A DNA stretch of 64,000 nt. Origin: Botryllus schlosseri (lineage: Eukaryota). The position numbers were made by a program, and so were the translations under genes. Positions 36,801 to 51,800 of the stretch are shown here, one piece after another. Below the pieces are notes generated by a model. It made no database searches. It was given only the letters and a program-made list of their open reading frames with translations, and had not been told where the DNA came from. The stretch lies in the NCBI GenBank assembly GCA_051294905.1, contig CM119371.1, forward strand, positions 29,452,001 to 29,516,000. Direction: 5' to 3'. Within the stretch, counting starts at the first letter, position 1. Each line of letters begins with the position of its first letter.

Positions 36801-39800
36801 AAGAGGTGAGGAACAGACGGGCCAAACCTCACCATTGATAAGGCAATTCATCGTAACTAACTTAGAATTTATTATAACTTATATTAATCGAATGGGACTG
36901 TCACACTGATTCCGAAAATCTAAATAGGCTACTCATTACCTTTTCAGTTCTTAAAGTATTCGGCGGTAACATAACGTTGCGCTATTACACGCCTACATTT
37001 TACTACACCGAGCTATACTTACCAATCAAGAATGTTTATAAGACGTTGTTTATAATTCGAGTTTGTAATACTCACATCCGCAACAGTTCATTTCGCGCCG
37101 TAGATCAGGAAGACAATGCGTATTTGAAAACTGCGTTTTGAAATGGATGTCGCCATGTCTGCTATGCTATTTGATAAATCAACGTATCGCACAATTGAAG
37201 ATTTCGAGCCGGGTACATAGAATTTGCGAGTGATGTTGGCCGCCGGCGTGACAGTAACATAAATTTGATTACTTTGAAAAGAGGGGGTCCGAGCCTATAA
37301 ATCTGAATACGACATTGTCTTTACCTCTCAAATACATGCCACGAGAAGAATTATTCTGACCGTGATTAAAATTTACCGACAAGTCGCTGCAATATTGATT
37401 AAAGTAAATATTTGGCAAAGAGCCATATCTTATACCCAAGAGAGCCATAGGTTCCCGACCATTGCTATAGAGCTTCGAGTAACGGAGTGCAGAGTAATGT
37501 AATAAGTAATAGTAGCATACGTTGCACCGTTGTAACGAAATGGGCCGTGGATTCGAATCTGACCGTGGTCGAGTATGGAATTTCTGTTGAAAGTTCATGT
37601 AAGCTCAGCATCCGATCTGCATTAGCGGTGTCTTCCACAAAAAGTCTGGAGCGAAGTAGACCGTGACAAGTTGGCACCTCGTGAATCTAATAAGCAATAT
37701 CGGTCTGGTGTAAAATGACCATAGATGTCGAAGGTTGGACCATGACTAAAAAATAAGCATAAAAAATCATCAAACGATGAGTCCTGTTACTGTTTAGCAC
37801 TCGGGTCTAAAAAAGGTCAACACCTTCGGCCAAGCCTCAGAATGACGCTGCAATCGTCCGAGTGATGACCCCTTGTTTAGGTATCACCTTATCAACTGTT
37901 GCTACATCAGTGCAAGGTAGCGTATCACCACCATTGCCGTTGGAGGTCCCGGTTTGATTCTTGGAAGTCGCAAATCCGCAGCGGTGGGGGTCTGTCTGAT
38001 ATTCTCCTCTCCAATGGGCTGTGCTCACAGCGTCTTTGCAATTAAAAGCTCAGATAAATACCCGCTCCAGGAACAATCCAAGGAAGAGAATTAATAGGGT
38101 TAGGAAGCCTAAAAAGAAAGATAATGATCGAGCACTGACATTAGGTTGAAGGGGATATCAGATTGAGACACCTTTTTTGGTTATTTTTATATCTGTTTAT
38201 TTCTTCGCGTTGTACATCTCGTGTTTTGAGCGGTATAACAAACAACAGAACCACCAATGACGCTACGCTCATAATTTGCATTCGTTTATTTCTGTTTAGC
38301 CTATACTATACTTTCGCGGCACCCCTGAGCAGGCCAAACGGCATACCAGTGTACTGCGGCACATTGGCTGAGAACCACTGTCCTAGCCATTAACACACTT
38401 CTCCAATTCTGACATTTTACCGTTGACATTGCTTAATAGATTTTATTTTCGTTCAGATTATACGAGTGAATTAGGAATGCGAAGTTGCTACGCAGGTTCA
38501 AGTGGTAGGTGAATAATTGAGATAGAGTCCATTAAGTGCACCTTGCACCGATCAGAAAATATCTCTTGATTAGGATTAGCTGATGAATGCGTGTGGGTGT
38601 TGATTGATGCTGTCATGGTCTGCCTGTCAAGCATCTGTGCAGAGTGCGCAAAAGACACAAAGTTATGGAGAAATAACATATTTGCTTATATGGTAATATG
38701 ATATGCCACATATAATATGCGGTTTGAATCTAATACGCAAGGACTTAAATCGTATGGCTTGGAAGTATTCACTCCGATTATATACACAATTGGGACAGAC
38801 TTTGAACAATGCTACTCTGAAGAAGTGCATTTTATGGCTACCCGAAAGTAATCAACTGAATTATTCTCTTGTGCAACTACTGAGACCCGAAGAGAAAAAT
38901 TGTTTTTTTTTTTTTTAGTGAAGAAGGGACAAGTTCCAATGGCATGCGACCCCGCCATTGGTTTTTGATTCACTTATGGTCAGGGTACGTTTGAGCCAAG
39001 CCCAAGTCCGGAAAGAGATAGGATTAGACACCAAAATCGCTAAAATATATGTATGTGCTACGTTCTAACATTGAACGTGATTATTTTTGACCATATATAT
39101 TTAACTGGAAGTTTTTCCGCGCTCCGAGCGATGTTCTTCCAACTCGTAATTACTGCTCTGTGTATAGTTCAGATTTCATATTTGACCGGTCTCCGAACAG
39201 TTATGACCGTCCACACAATCAAACTATGCGTTGGGAATACACACATTCTGGTTGCTCATTTTAGTATTTTTTGGATATGACGATAAGAGGGGCGCGAAAA
39301 ATTGAGAAAACACTGATTTAGAAGATTTCAATTCATGCACCTTACAACTCAAAAATACATCGGTAGCAAGCTTGTAAGTTGGCGGCCAGGCACTTCTCAT
39401 TATGTTTCAGCATGATTATGTCTTGTATACGTTCAGACTAAATGAGGGGGCGATCTGTTTGCTAACTTTGCACATACCACTCATTCATCTTCCAATGGTC
39501 TGTTGAGCATTTGACATTTAATTTTACCAATGAATGCATGAAATATGGATGGAACGTGGAAAGATCGCGTGTTTAGTAACAAACGTGACATCCTTATTAC
39601 AATAATCCTTTATCAATTTAATAACTCAAGCCTTCAGGCCTAATGTTTTTGAACCCATCCTTTTGCGAAGATGCATTTATTTGCAAATATTGGTGTCATG
39701 AATCTTACTCAGGCCCAAAGGTTAGACCTGGTAAGCCTGGCTAGGGTATTACAAGAAATTCAGGGAGAATTATCTCGTTTTTCTGGTGGAATTGATGTCA

Positions 39801-42800
39801 AATGAAGTATTTGATCACAAGAATGCAGTAGCCTACCGCCGGCTTTTCCTCTAAGTGTAATATGTTATTAGAATCTCCACGAGGGCCGTATTTGCCTCAT
39901 TTATATTTGTGCGAGTGGGAGGGTAGAACTAAGGATAGTTGCGAGGCGTCAAATGGTTTAGTTGTTTGAAGCACTGCTTTATATATTCGATGCACCGCTG
40001 TACCGTTGAACTTTCCCATTTTTCCTTTATGTCTACCAAATGAGTCGGCCCATGAATGTTACTACAACACACACTCTGCGTCATTTGCAACATGCCTTAA
40101 AGACAACTTGCATTGCAAGGTTTTCCTGGACGAACATCTGTGAGTATAAGTTATATACCCTGGGATGTGTCTATAAGATGAAAACAGTCACGTTTTACTG
40201 ACGCCCGCACATGTTTTAGGGTAGGTAGTAAAATTAAGGGGTGAGAAATCGGTGTCCGGTAGGTATTTTCGAGTTCGGACTTCACTATTGGAAATAGCGT
40301 GAATCGCGTCGGAGGACCTCTCGAACGCTAAAATAATTGTAGGGCTCACGTGCTTTATTCGGGGTCTAATCAAGGTTGTTATAACAACCATCGGTTAGAG
40401 ATTCATATACCATCTGGTTCGAGCCCGGTGTACACATCCTGAATTTACCTCTACAACTGGCAATATGGGGACGTTAATTGTATTAAGTTTCGTTTTATTG
40501 CTTTCTGTGACAAGTAAATCAACTGAGATAGTGATATAGATATTTTATCACATTGAATTTAGTACTGTACCCATCAGTTATTATCTTTAATATGAATGTA
40601 TTCCAAACGAAACAATCCATATTATATAACGTTCATGTGATGTTGCGGGTCACAACACTAAACGGTGTCATAATCAATGATACGATGAAGAAATATTTGA
40701 TTACAAAATTTAATTTTGTAGCTCTCAAATACAAATATATTTGGTTAATCATTTTAACCTAAAAGCTTCAAGGCATCTTTAATGTAGAAAGGGTTCTCAC
40801 TCTCAAAACTGGTACGGTGCTTCTTTCTTCGATTTCGACACGCTGTGCACTGCGGGCAATAATACTTAGTTCGAAACATTTTGTTGAGAATAACACGACT
40901 AGCGTGACGGGATTATTTTAATGGAGTATGTATTGGAAATCTAAAAGTATGCACGATTAATATAATGAAACAGTGCAATCATGAAAACATGTTGCCAAGC
41001 AAACATTGTCGGCATATATTTCGCGCGCCGCGTCTCTACTGAACACTCTACTGCGACGACATTTTTCTTCAGCGCCCCCCATACCGCCCCGTGAGCCCAG
41101 CGCCTCCCACCCCCTGAACGTTTCCGCCCCTTCAAAATCAAAATCTCCCATTGGGGGCGCTGGCGACAATGTTAAGGATTACTGGTGTAAACGTATAAGC
41201 TAGATAGATTTATGGTTAGCTTATAGTTAGGCGTAGGATTTGGGTTACGCTAACATTTCTTCGAAGTTACTTAGGTTTGCTTAGAACCTTTCTCCTCGTG
41301 GCGGATTTTTCGATTTTAAAATCTTCTGTGGCCCACCTCTCGGACTAAAGGAGTGGTTCCCAACCTTTTTGGTGTCAGAGCCTCATTTCAAATTTAATAG
41401 TACGTTTGGAGCGACACAAATACACTCAGGAATACACATAATATATAGCTTGACTATACATAAAACTGAATCAAATGACTGATTATCCTATTGTAGTGTT
41501 GTAGCTATTGTAACTACTTTAGATCAAGTTCAATGAAAACTGCACAAAAATAGAATAGAATCGAGAAGAACTAGACAGCTGCTGCTGGGTTTTGCCAACT
41601 ATAGCTGCTGCTCGTTCAGCTGGAAAGTTATGACTAGGGCGTTTTTTTACCTAAAAGAGTTAAGATTTTGGCCGAACAAAATCAAAATTTTGGACTTGTA
41701 TTTACCTAAATATTAATTTTACCTCACGTATGCAAACTAGGTCTTTTCGAACATAATGTTAAAATTGTACTACTTATCTTCATTTTTGGTTGGAACTGTC
41801 TGTCCTTACGTAGTAGCTTGGCCTGAAAAAAGGTTTTTGACATGAAAACTGTCAATTTTTTACATGAAAAACATGCATTTTAACGAAATCTGGTCCTATG
41901 GAGAATTCCAGTAGTTACATCACGTAATATGGTACAGATAACTAAAATTTGTTGCAGTACAACGAAAGATACTTTCCTACATTCTTGCGTGGAAAGTGTC
42001 TGTCCTAACTAAGTAGCTTGCCAAGAATGGAGAAAGAACGTTTAACAGCTGCAGTTATTGGCTGCCAACACTGAAGTTGTGCGTACACTGCTGCTGACTG
42101 ACACACCGTGTTGCTTCATTCTGACAATGTTGTCTGGATCACAATTTCTCATCATGCTCTTCTTGATATAAGAACTATATGCAATGCTCAATCAGTCTTG
42201 CTCTAGTTAGGATATTGCGGTAAGTTGACCATGACACCATGTCAACCTATTTGTTTCATTTGACCGTTTATAAATCACAATGAGCATACAACAGGCCGTC
42301 TACGACGGTATTGGTCTATAAAGTAGGCTACATGCTGTAAAATACCAAATGATGAGCTCACCGACAGTGCAAATCTACGATACAAACTAAATACAGTGGT
42401 TAAATTTTTTTGAATTGGTGAACAATTTTGACTATTTGTTGATCAAACGCTACAATTTTGACAAAATTTTGAATTACTTTACTCGAAAAAAATCACCCTA
42501 GGTATGGCACATTACTTTGGAACAATAGTGACGTGACAATAGCAGTCTTTCAACAACTTTCCTCTCATCTTAATTATAAACTCCAGAATCCATGTCAAGC
42601 AAGGGTAATTTTTTAATATGAATTTTTCTTATATATAAATCGAATATTTATTATTTTTGTGCGATTTTAAAACATCGATGAGAGCCGCAAGAAGGCTATC
42701 TGGGTGTCCCTGTTGGAAATCACTGGACTACAGTCTTGGTAGTTGGTACCACTACAGTCTTGGTCCCACTAAAACAGGTCGGACATACTTATAATGTAAT

Positions 42801-45800
42801 AGTTGCAAGCTGTCATGCATCTGAAGAATGTCCGTAAACGGGGTGCGAGTGAATTGGAACAGACGGTTTTCATATCGACTTCACTCATGGCTAACAGGGT
42901 TTGCTATGCTCATATACATGGCAATCAATGTGTAGGTTGATGTAATATATACATTATGGCTGTCCGCCGTCCTACGCAAGTCCCGAAGCACAATAATCCA
43001 ATCCCTGAAATCACGATCTCCCTCGTCGTGATGGGGTTTAGTTCCAGCATGATGGGCAATAAATATGACTGTGATAGCGAAGCGATTCTGGGCCAGCTTC
43101 AATCAATTTTTAACGTAATTTCAGCGATTGGGTAAGTGAGAGAAGTGGAGAAAGAAATGTTATGATGTAAGCTGTGCATTTGTCTTGTACCTACTGAGGT
43201 TGATGTGCCAGAACATTGAATACAAGCACTTCATGGGACTCTTACATTTATGTGTAAAATGATTTCAAATTCTTGATTGCAAGGCTGCAAATTTTTAGAC
43301 CAACTTCAAACATTAATGGACTGCGGTAAATTCTCAATCCGGTACGATTCGTTGTGGAGATGCTCTCTATTTTTAACCAGAAGTTGATGACACTGGTCAA
43401 GAAAATGATATAAAAGTTTTTGTGAGGACATCTTGGAGTTTTTTCGGGGGGTTTCAAGGTTGCTGATTACGAATATCACATTAGCTTTGACAGATTGGGT
43501 CTACTTTAGAAGATACGCCTACCCATAAAAAGTCCAAATTACTGTATTTACCCCATAATTATTTCTTTTGGTAGGAAGTGAGTAGTAGCTTTGTTACCTT
43601 TATATTCCGCATAAATAGATAATTGACGATATAAATAACCCTCATGTCGTCCTCCGTTATTCAATCAATATGAACATGACCTGATTCGAGATCTTGGTTT
43701 GTCAAGAAAGCAGTTTGTCAAGCCTAAAAATTGTACTTTTTAACAACGGAGATGTATTGTTCCTGTACCTGCAAGAGGAGTATACCACGTTCAAATTTGT
43801 CCTTGATAAGCTTATGAGTATGTATAAATACGATACCACTAAAACGATGCGATTGGGGTTTTGGGTTCTCATGGATCAAATAGCACAGACATCTTTTCAA
43901 ATGAAATAAATGAAATCTGCAACACGTGACAGATTCGTGGGAATAACATCTAATTCCTCAAGACATTGGATCACTTGCGGTGTCGATTTTCAAGACCAGG
44001 GATTTTGTGACATTCGGTAAGTAATGGAATCTTCCGAGTAACTAGAATTGACGAAATCTATATGACACCACTTTCTCGAAGTAAACATATGCAATAGAGC
44101 GACTCAAAATGAAACACACTCGTGCATCACTCGTCGTGGAACTGAGAGGCGAGGTCTTAATATTATACAATCCTAATTCTGTTCTCGGTTTGAGATTCAA
44201 GACCAAGTCCCAATCAAAACCCGCAATTTCTTTCGTGTCATTCACTATAATTCAACTCCAATTGATAAATAGCTGATATATTTCCCAAATTTACCTCTAG
44301 TTTTACTGGAGGCTGTCCGGTATGCAATCTGCATTTACTAAGTATAATTTTTTTGGCTCTACTTTCACTTCTACGTCAATGGTTTTTGAGGATGAACTGT
44401 TTTTTTTTCACGTTATATAATTTATTTTGTTCAACGGAATTTTATGTAAGGGTTGTGGATTTTGATTGTGGCATTGCTGCATAGATGCAACTTCATAATA
44501 TCGGAATCTATGGCCGGGTATTAAAAGCGAAAGTCTGCGATCCGTCTTGCCAATCTGCTTCCTTCCAATCAGTAAATCGATGATTTTCTCACCGTCGGTT
44601 TTCTAGAACTTCTACTTGAATTAAGTTTGGTATGCCTTGAAAATCATTACATCTGATTGTAATTGGGTAGAAATTTATAGAACTCCTGCTTTTATTTGAA
44701 TACCAACAATAGCTTCTCCCAATACCTCTTACCAATTGCGAATAGTACAACATAATTAGGAGTGATTTAAACACTAGAACAGTGAAAATTTTTACAACCT
44801 TTCGTTGGGGAAGCGAGTGGCGTTGATTAAACGCCAGCGCCACAACACCAATGGTAGTGGTTCCAATCCCGGTTCGGACCAACTTCTATGCGTCGGAGGT
44901 TTCTCTGGGCTCCTCATCGCTGATCTCACTGCGGTTGCAGTGCATTGAAAAGCCCAGACCGAAAGTGAGCCGTGCTACAAGTCGGCAGCGAAGACCACGA
45001 CCGGGACGCATGGATGCGAGAGAGACTGACGGTGAAATGAGCGAAATATTGAAGAAGCCGTCCCCAGGATTACCGAAAGTCAAAGACTCATGAACATTAC
45101 AAACATTAGTGTCGTGGTGCACATAGCCTGGAAAAGGCGAGAAGCACCACTGTAAAATTGTCAATAATAATAATAATATTACCTTTCGTTTAATAACATG
45201 TAACAAAGATATTCATTGAGCGAACACCTTTGCAGATACCATTGCTCCAATGCGCCGTATCGAACCATATTGGCGAATAAAGGATGTAAGAATCAGGTAA
45301 ATAAAATATCTGCAGACATTAGGATTAGATGGGTGATGATTAGCTATAAAGAATTGCTGTATTGCTTTTTAAATTCGTGGTTTTACTTTATAATAATTAC
45401 TGTAATACCAAGCTATATTCGACGTTCTCATTTATTCATATATTGTCATGCATATAACTTTTATGACTTGAAATAATAGGATATCAAATGCCCACATCAC
45501 CGGATATGTAAAGCAAATTGCACTTGCGACTTCTTCTATTGCGGAGGTGATCACGATGGAAAATACATAGATGCACAAGCGGTAAGAATTGTTTTTTTTT
45601 CTACCACGGTAGAATCACGCATAATAGCTGAACTACCCAAATATTGGCCATCGCTTATTGATGCATTAGTAGGGCTGCGGTATTTCGGTATCAAATTGAT
45701 ACGTACATTAAGCACAATTCACTGACTACCTGCATGCAGTGTGTTTCCTTCTTGCTATTGTGTGATTGCGGGCAAAGCTCACAGCAGAAAATCACTAATT

Positions 45801-48800
45801 TATTTCCATGCTGCCGGCGCCCATCAGAGAATGGCTTTAAGTTGAAGTACAAAGCCGCAGATGTGATAATGACGCGGAAAATTGTAATACATGAAAAAGG
45901 TACACTTACACGGTGCAGAACGTACCACGGTTCGTTTGCGAACGCAAACCTTCCAATATTTGAGGTTCACATAGGCCTACATCAACACGAGCAGAATTAG
46001 CGGAGTACAAAAATACAGATTCAAGCCATATTAATATATTGTAATACCGACCCAAAATCACCGTTTATCATAGTTTAGGTTATTTCTGATTATGTTTACT
46101 CTACTGTTTGACTTTTCTATTCAATATTTGCAGCTTTTCCAAGAACCTCATCAAAACAATTCTAAGCAGCAAAATGTATGTATCAGTAGGTCAGGGATAT
46201 ATCCCTGCAGTAGGTCTACCCATTGAATAAATATGGCTTGCTTGGAAATACAAGGAAATAAAATTAGCTGGGCAGTTTGATGTCTTACCTTAAACGACAA
46301 ATCGGCTACGTAAGAAATGAAGTTCATACAGTTATGAAGCAAAATTGGTTCACATGCTCTGTCCAAACTTACAACAGCACAAATTATACTTATCAATCGG
46401 TTCGCAGTCTCAAGGAAATGTTTCGCAGAGCCCATCAGTTGAAAACCTCAGTGTTAGATCGTGATAAGATAATCTCGAGCGCATATTATTTTTAGCAATA
46501 ACACATCATATGTATTGCAGCCGTACCCATCCCTATTCCGATTAGAATTGAGACGGATTCGATGTATTATGTGAATTGTGGTGGATAAGTTTTGAGTAAA
46601 CTGGAAAATAGTGTATCATCCCTAAAAAAGATTTGACTTTAGTTCATTGTTATGCTATAGTTGGTATTATTTTTACGGTGATGCATATTGTGAAAGACTG
46701 TTAGCTTATGCATTCAGAAACATAAACATTTAAATATAGCGCAGTTTTTTCTTGACATACTGAATCACTTGGTCCAACATGTATTGACTTGGCAATAATT
46801 CTGCTGTGTTAAAAAAATTATCATTTCAAATATATCGTTTCCGATTCGCACGTAGCCTTACATATTTAAAACAGTTTCATAAATAATGATCGATGGTATC
46901 GGGCAACAAACATAGTTCACACAAAGGGGAATCACTGCATCTAATCTTATGTAGGTGATAATTGAGCCGACAATGGCTGATTTCATCCGAAACAGAGTAA
47001 TTTGCTCTTTTTTTGAGGCTACGCTTGATAACTTATTGTAAATCGTGTCTTTCATTACTTTATAATGTCTTCCGGCCTCACCCGTCCTATACACTTGATC
47101 CCAGTTGTTTATGCGCGAATTCCTAAGGAGTGACTACGCATCCCCATGGCGACAAAGTCCAATTGGTAATGGGGCGGTGTTTCTGATGATGCAGCGTTTC
47201 TTTCAAATCGCTCTGCGATATCATTGTGTTGGATACCACAGTGCGTTGGAATCCACACCAGTGATAGTGTGATGTGTGACCTCGTGTTGTTACAATTGGT
47301 ATATCTTCTCGGCAATCTCGGTGATTTGGAAAGGAGCTGCGAAATTGAAGTTTGCTATGCATGTTAAGTTGGCTCAAGCAATCACTCAGTATAGCCACTC
47401 CTATATGGGTATTATTCACCACCTATAAGATTAGTGTATCTTAAATAGCGATTAGTTGTTCTAATTCAATCTCTTCATATTCCAGATATGCGACGGCCAC
47501 AAAGATTGCTTATCCGGAATTGATGAATGCCAGCCAGGCTGCATAGACAGCGCGTTTTCCGACGAGAAGTCGATGATAACAAACAAAGTTGTCCTGTCAG
47601 TTGTGTGGATATTCAGTGAGTCTCCGTTAAATAAATTCATGGTTCATCATCGTAGAGGTGCGATATAGTATGTTGGCAACGGGTATATTCGCATCGGATC
47701 ACTGTCCTTTCATTGCCGGCTCAGTCAGGCAGTGACCTCCAATCAACAATCTCTGTAAGTATTTGATGAGGCTACATGCCGCAGGATCCCGGGCTTGTGT
47801 AATCTTGCTTGCTGGAACTAAGAAACGTATCCGTGTATCATTAATACAATATCATCTCACAAACCTCTTACAATATCTAGCAGAGAGGTGAAAGTACCTG
47901 ATTACATTCTGATAGCAACTTGTCACTTCAATCCTGATTTTATTATCTCAATGATCGGAGGAGAGCCTGACAACGTGTTTTGCTTCATATTATGTCTTTA
48001 TGATCACGTAGGCTGATATAGTGTAAGTAATTAGAATTGACTTCAAGACCTTGGTGAAATAAATTGATGTGGTAATAGTGCAGCAGTTTGTAGACCGCCG
48101 CGAAACATTTAGTATTGATTCAACAGGACGACGTAGCACCGTGACCGCTACTCGAATATTTCCAGGTATTATTGCGATCATCGGATGTACCGCAGTGGTT
48201 ATATCGACATCATATGATGTCGTGAAATCTACGAGACGTCCTGCTAACTCATCGTCATCAAATATCAACAAATCGCTCATCCTGAGTCTGTCCGTTTCTG
48301 ACTTGTTTGTTGGGGTATTGCAATGAATGCGCGTTCTGCGTATTGAGAGTGATTTTTTTTCGCGACCAATTACAGTTATACACCTTTTGCGTATGCATCA
48401 AGTCCATTCAAGTGGAAGGCAGCTACTGCTTCGTTGATAATGAATGGAGAAGCAGCACTACCTGTGCGATTTTGGGCGCTTTGCTGGTCATCGGATCAGA
48501 GCAATCTGTTTTTACGATGGTTTTATTAACAGGATATCGTGTGCATGCTGTCATGAGGTATGTGATAGGATATAATCCATTGAGGCTTTTATTGATCAGA
48601 ATTTAAGGTCAGATAACTCATATTGTTGTGCCAGTTGACTATGAAACATACGTGGTGGGGGCGAATAGCTCATAGTGATATATCAAATCATTGCATTGAT
48701 GTCGATTATAGGTTACAGGTTTTAAGCAGACCGAAGTCTACTCATGAATCCACCCCCCTCAAGTATTCGAGTTTTATCTAGCTATTAGGTGCATGATTAG

Positions 48801-51800
48801 TGATTACTAAGGAGGCCTTTTTTGACATGTCAAATTTTGTCAAAATCGTAGCGTTAGGTCAAAATTTGTCAAAATTTTTTTTTAATTCAAAATTTTTTTG
48901 ACGTCTGCATTTCGTATGTATCGTAGAATTTTCACTGTCGGTGAACTTATCATTTGATATTTTACAGCTTGTAGCCTATTGTGAATCATAAACGGTCAAA
49001 TAAAACAAATAGGTAAACATGGTGTTATGGTCAACGTACCGCAATGTCTTATAACTGAAGAAAGACTTCTTGGGCATTGCATCATTCTTATATTAAGAAG
49101 CGCATGATGAAAAATCGTGATGTTGAAAACATTGTCAGAATGAAGCAACACGGTGTGTCACCAGCAGTGTATTACGCACAACTTGAGTGTTGTCAGCCAA
49201 CAACTGCTGCTGTTGAACGACTTTAGCAAGCTTCTTAGTAAGGACATGCACTTTCTATCCAAGAATGTAGGAAAGTATCTCTCGTTGCACTACAAATCTC
49301 TCGTTGCACTGTCAAATCATATATCTCGAAATCGCAGCATAACAATCCGCTTGTTCTAGAACAGAGGTCTCAAACACGCGGCCCGCCAGGGCATTTTGTG
49401 CGGCCCGCGACGACATTTTAGATTTTTAATAATTTGACAATATATAAGTGTCACATATATCTTTTCAGGTTATAAAGTCAAACTTCACTATCACATCTAT
49501 TGCAAACGCTACCATGCAGGGGAAGATTCACTATTTCGCCACATTTGCAATTCACGAAGCCAAAACCTGACCCTTAGACTATTCGTGACTGAAATTTGTG
49601 AGTTGGAATTACTCAGACTCGGGCTAAATCGATGGCAAAATGAAAATGACTCGAGTTGACTCGGAGTGACTCGGAATGCCGTGAATTTGTTAGAACCGTG
49701 GCGCAACAAACTAATCGCGTATCAGGGGAATAGTAATAGTCGCAGCTTCGTATTTCGCTAACTAAGCAAGTATTTATGGCAACCATGGGCAATCTGTTAG
49801 TTACATCTTTGGTCGGTAAACCATGTTATTAAGGCCACTTCAAGGTACCGAGTACCGTAGTGGTACGCTCCAACGATGTAACAACAATGGGCCGTTCGGC
49901 GTTCCGACATTTCAATAACTTAGACCAGTGGTTCTTAACCCTTTTTCCTCCAGCGCCACCTTTCAAAGATTATCGTGCTCCGGCGCCCCCAACCTTATAT
50001 TGTAAGGAATGTAATAAAGACAATGAGTAAGAGGGAGGGCCGTAACAGCACTTCTTCAACCCCCTATAAACGATCGCCTTGCGCACCCATAGCGTGATAA
50101 ACCAAACTTCTGAGGGCTTCGCCTCCAAGAACCCCGTAGCGTGATTTCGATGGTCAGAAAAGTTTGTGTGGCCTGGTCGACCTCGGTGCCAAAATTTTCT
50201 ATAATGCATGAATGAATATGTGGTAATTACATATATATGTCGCTATAAACTTTTTATCCTCTCAGCCCACGTAATTAGATTTACCAGTAGCGTTGAGTTA
50301 TCTGTTGTATTGGAAAATAAAGGGCGCGTAATTAATTAAACATATTCAGGCGTGCCCGTAGGTACAATTAATTCGTTACCAGGGCCGTAACAGTACTTCA
50401 TCAGCCCCCCAAAAAAGGTTGGTCTTGGGCCCCCCATAGGGTGATAAAGCAAAGTTCCGGGTGGCTTCGCCCCAAGCCCCACCTTCGGCTATCCGCTGTT
50501 TGCTGATACTGGTTATATCTACATTGGCAGTCCATTTACTGATCCAGCTATTCTCGCCTAGACGCGCCAAGCGCGAAAAATTTCAATAATTATTGATTGA
50601 ATTGGTCAATATGATCGGGAATTGCATATATATTGATATCAATTGTTATCCTCTCTCTGCTCACGTAAACAGATTTACCGGTATAGCTGAGTGATGTGTG
50701 ATTGAAAAGGTAGGACCCCTCAATAATAAATATGCATCTTCGGGCGTATAGGCCTACCCGTTGGCAGGAACGAAACGACACTTCGTCAGGCCCACGAAAA
50801 AACTTGGGTCTTGGGCCGACCGCCCCCCATCACGCTGTTCGCTTTTGCCATGAAATCAGGTGTACTGTTTAGCGAGCCAGTGCGAAGCGCGAAAATTTCG
50901 ATAATTCATGATAAAATCGGTCAATAAGATCGGGAATTGCATATATATTGCAGTCAATTTCTTGGTTGGTGAGTGTGCGCAGACTCGTCAAAACGTGAGG
51001 GAACATTGTGAGGTGTCTTGGAAACTGTAGGGCCCGTAACTAATAATTAAACATATTCGGGCGGGTGGACCCGTTGGTATGACTTCGTTGCATGATGTCA
51101 TTTCGTGACCTCCTGTCTGCTATATCAAAAAATATAGAATCGCCCAACAGGGATACCTCCCGACAGGGATGTTCTAGATATCACTGTCGCCCATTCGTAC
51201 TAAACTAAAAGACGCACACGATTTCAAATTGGTATTTCTTCACTGGCATATAATTTTTACCTGCCAGTTGGAATTCGTCTTCTGAGGTTCAGATTGCCAA
51301 GACAGGAACATTAAGGATATGTCCTACTACCACATCATCTACTGCGAAGCCATTTCTCTCCAGCGCCCCCATATCGCCCCCTTAACGTTTCCGCCCCCTT
51401 CATAATCGCCAGCGCCCCTTGGGGGGGGGGGGGGGGGTGGAGGCAAGGTTAAGAACCACTGACTTAGACACATTCATTAATATATATTTATATTTTTTCT
51501 GCTCTTGTATTTGAAGATATTTGGCTATGAGATTTATAGCCTACATATCAGAAGTACACCTGAATCCTGGATTGGGATTACAATGCTCAACCTAAAAATG
51601 TTTTGGTATCAGATCAGTCTCTATTATCAATCTGTTAAATTCAAAATATTCATAGTAGTTGCAAAATTATAACCTGATAGCTTTTATGATGGCATGATTC
51701 ATTTGTCCGCACATATAGTGTCTATATCTTATAATTAATATGTATCAAGTACAACAACAATTATATTCAAATAGTTATAAATGTGATGATTCTTTTCGCG

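Noticed and set aside
43125..43131. 7-nt micro-exon candidate (TTTCAG|CGATTGG|GTAAGT)
   Set aside because: The splice signals are good, but it does not fit the phases of my neighbouring exons. It cannot be resolved without RNA data.
48300..48380. Apparent frameshift between ORFs 48069-48326 and 48307-48606
   Set aside because: Explained by a 61-nt GT-AG intron (48315-48375) that is conserved in copy 2.
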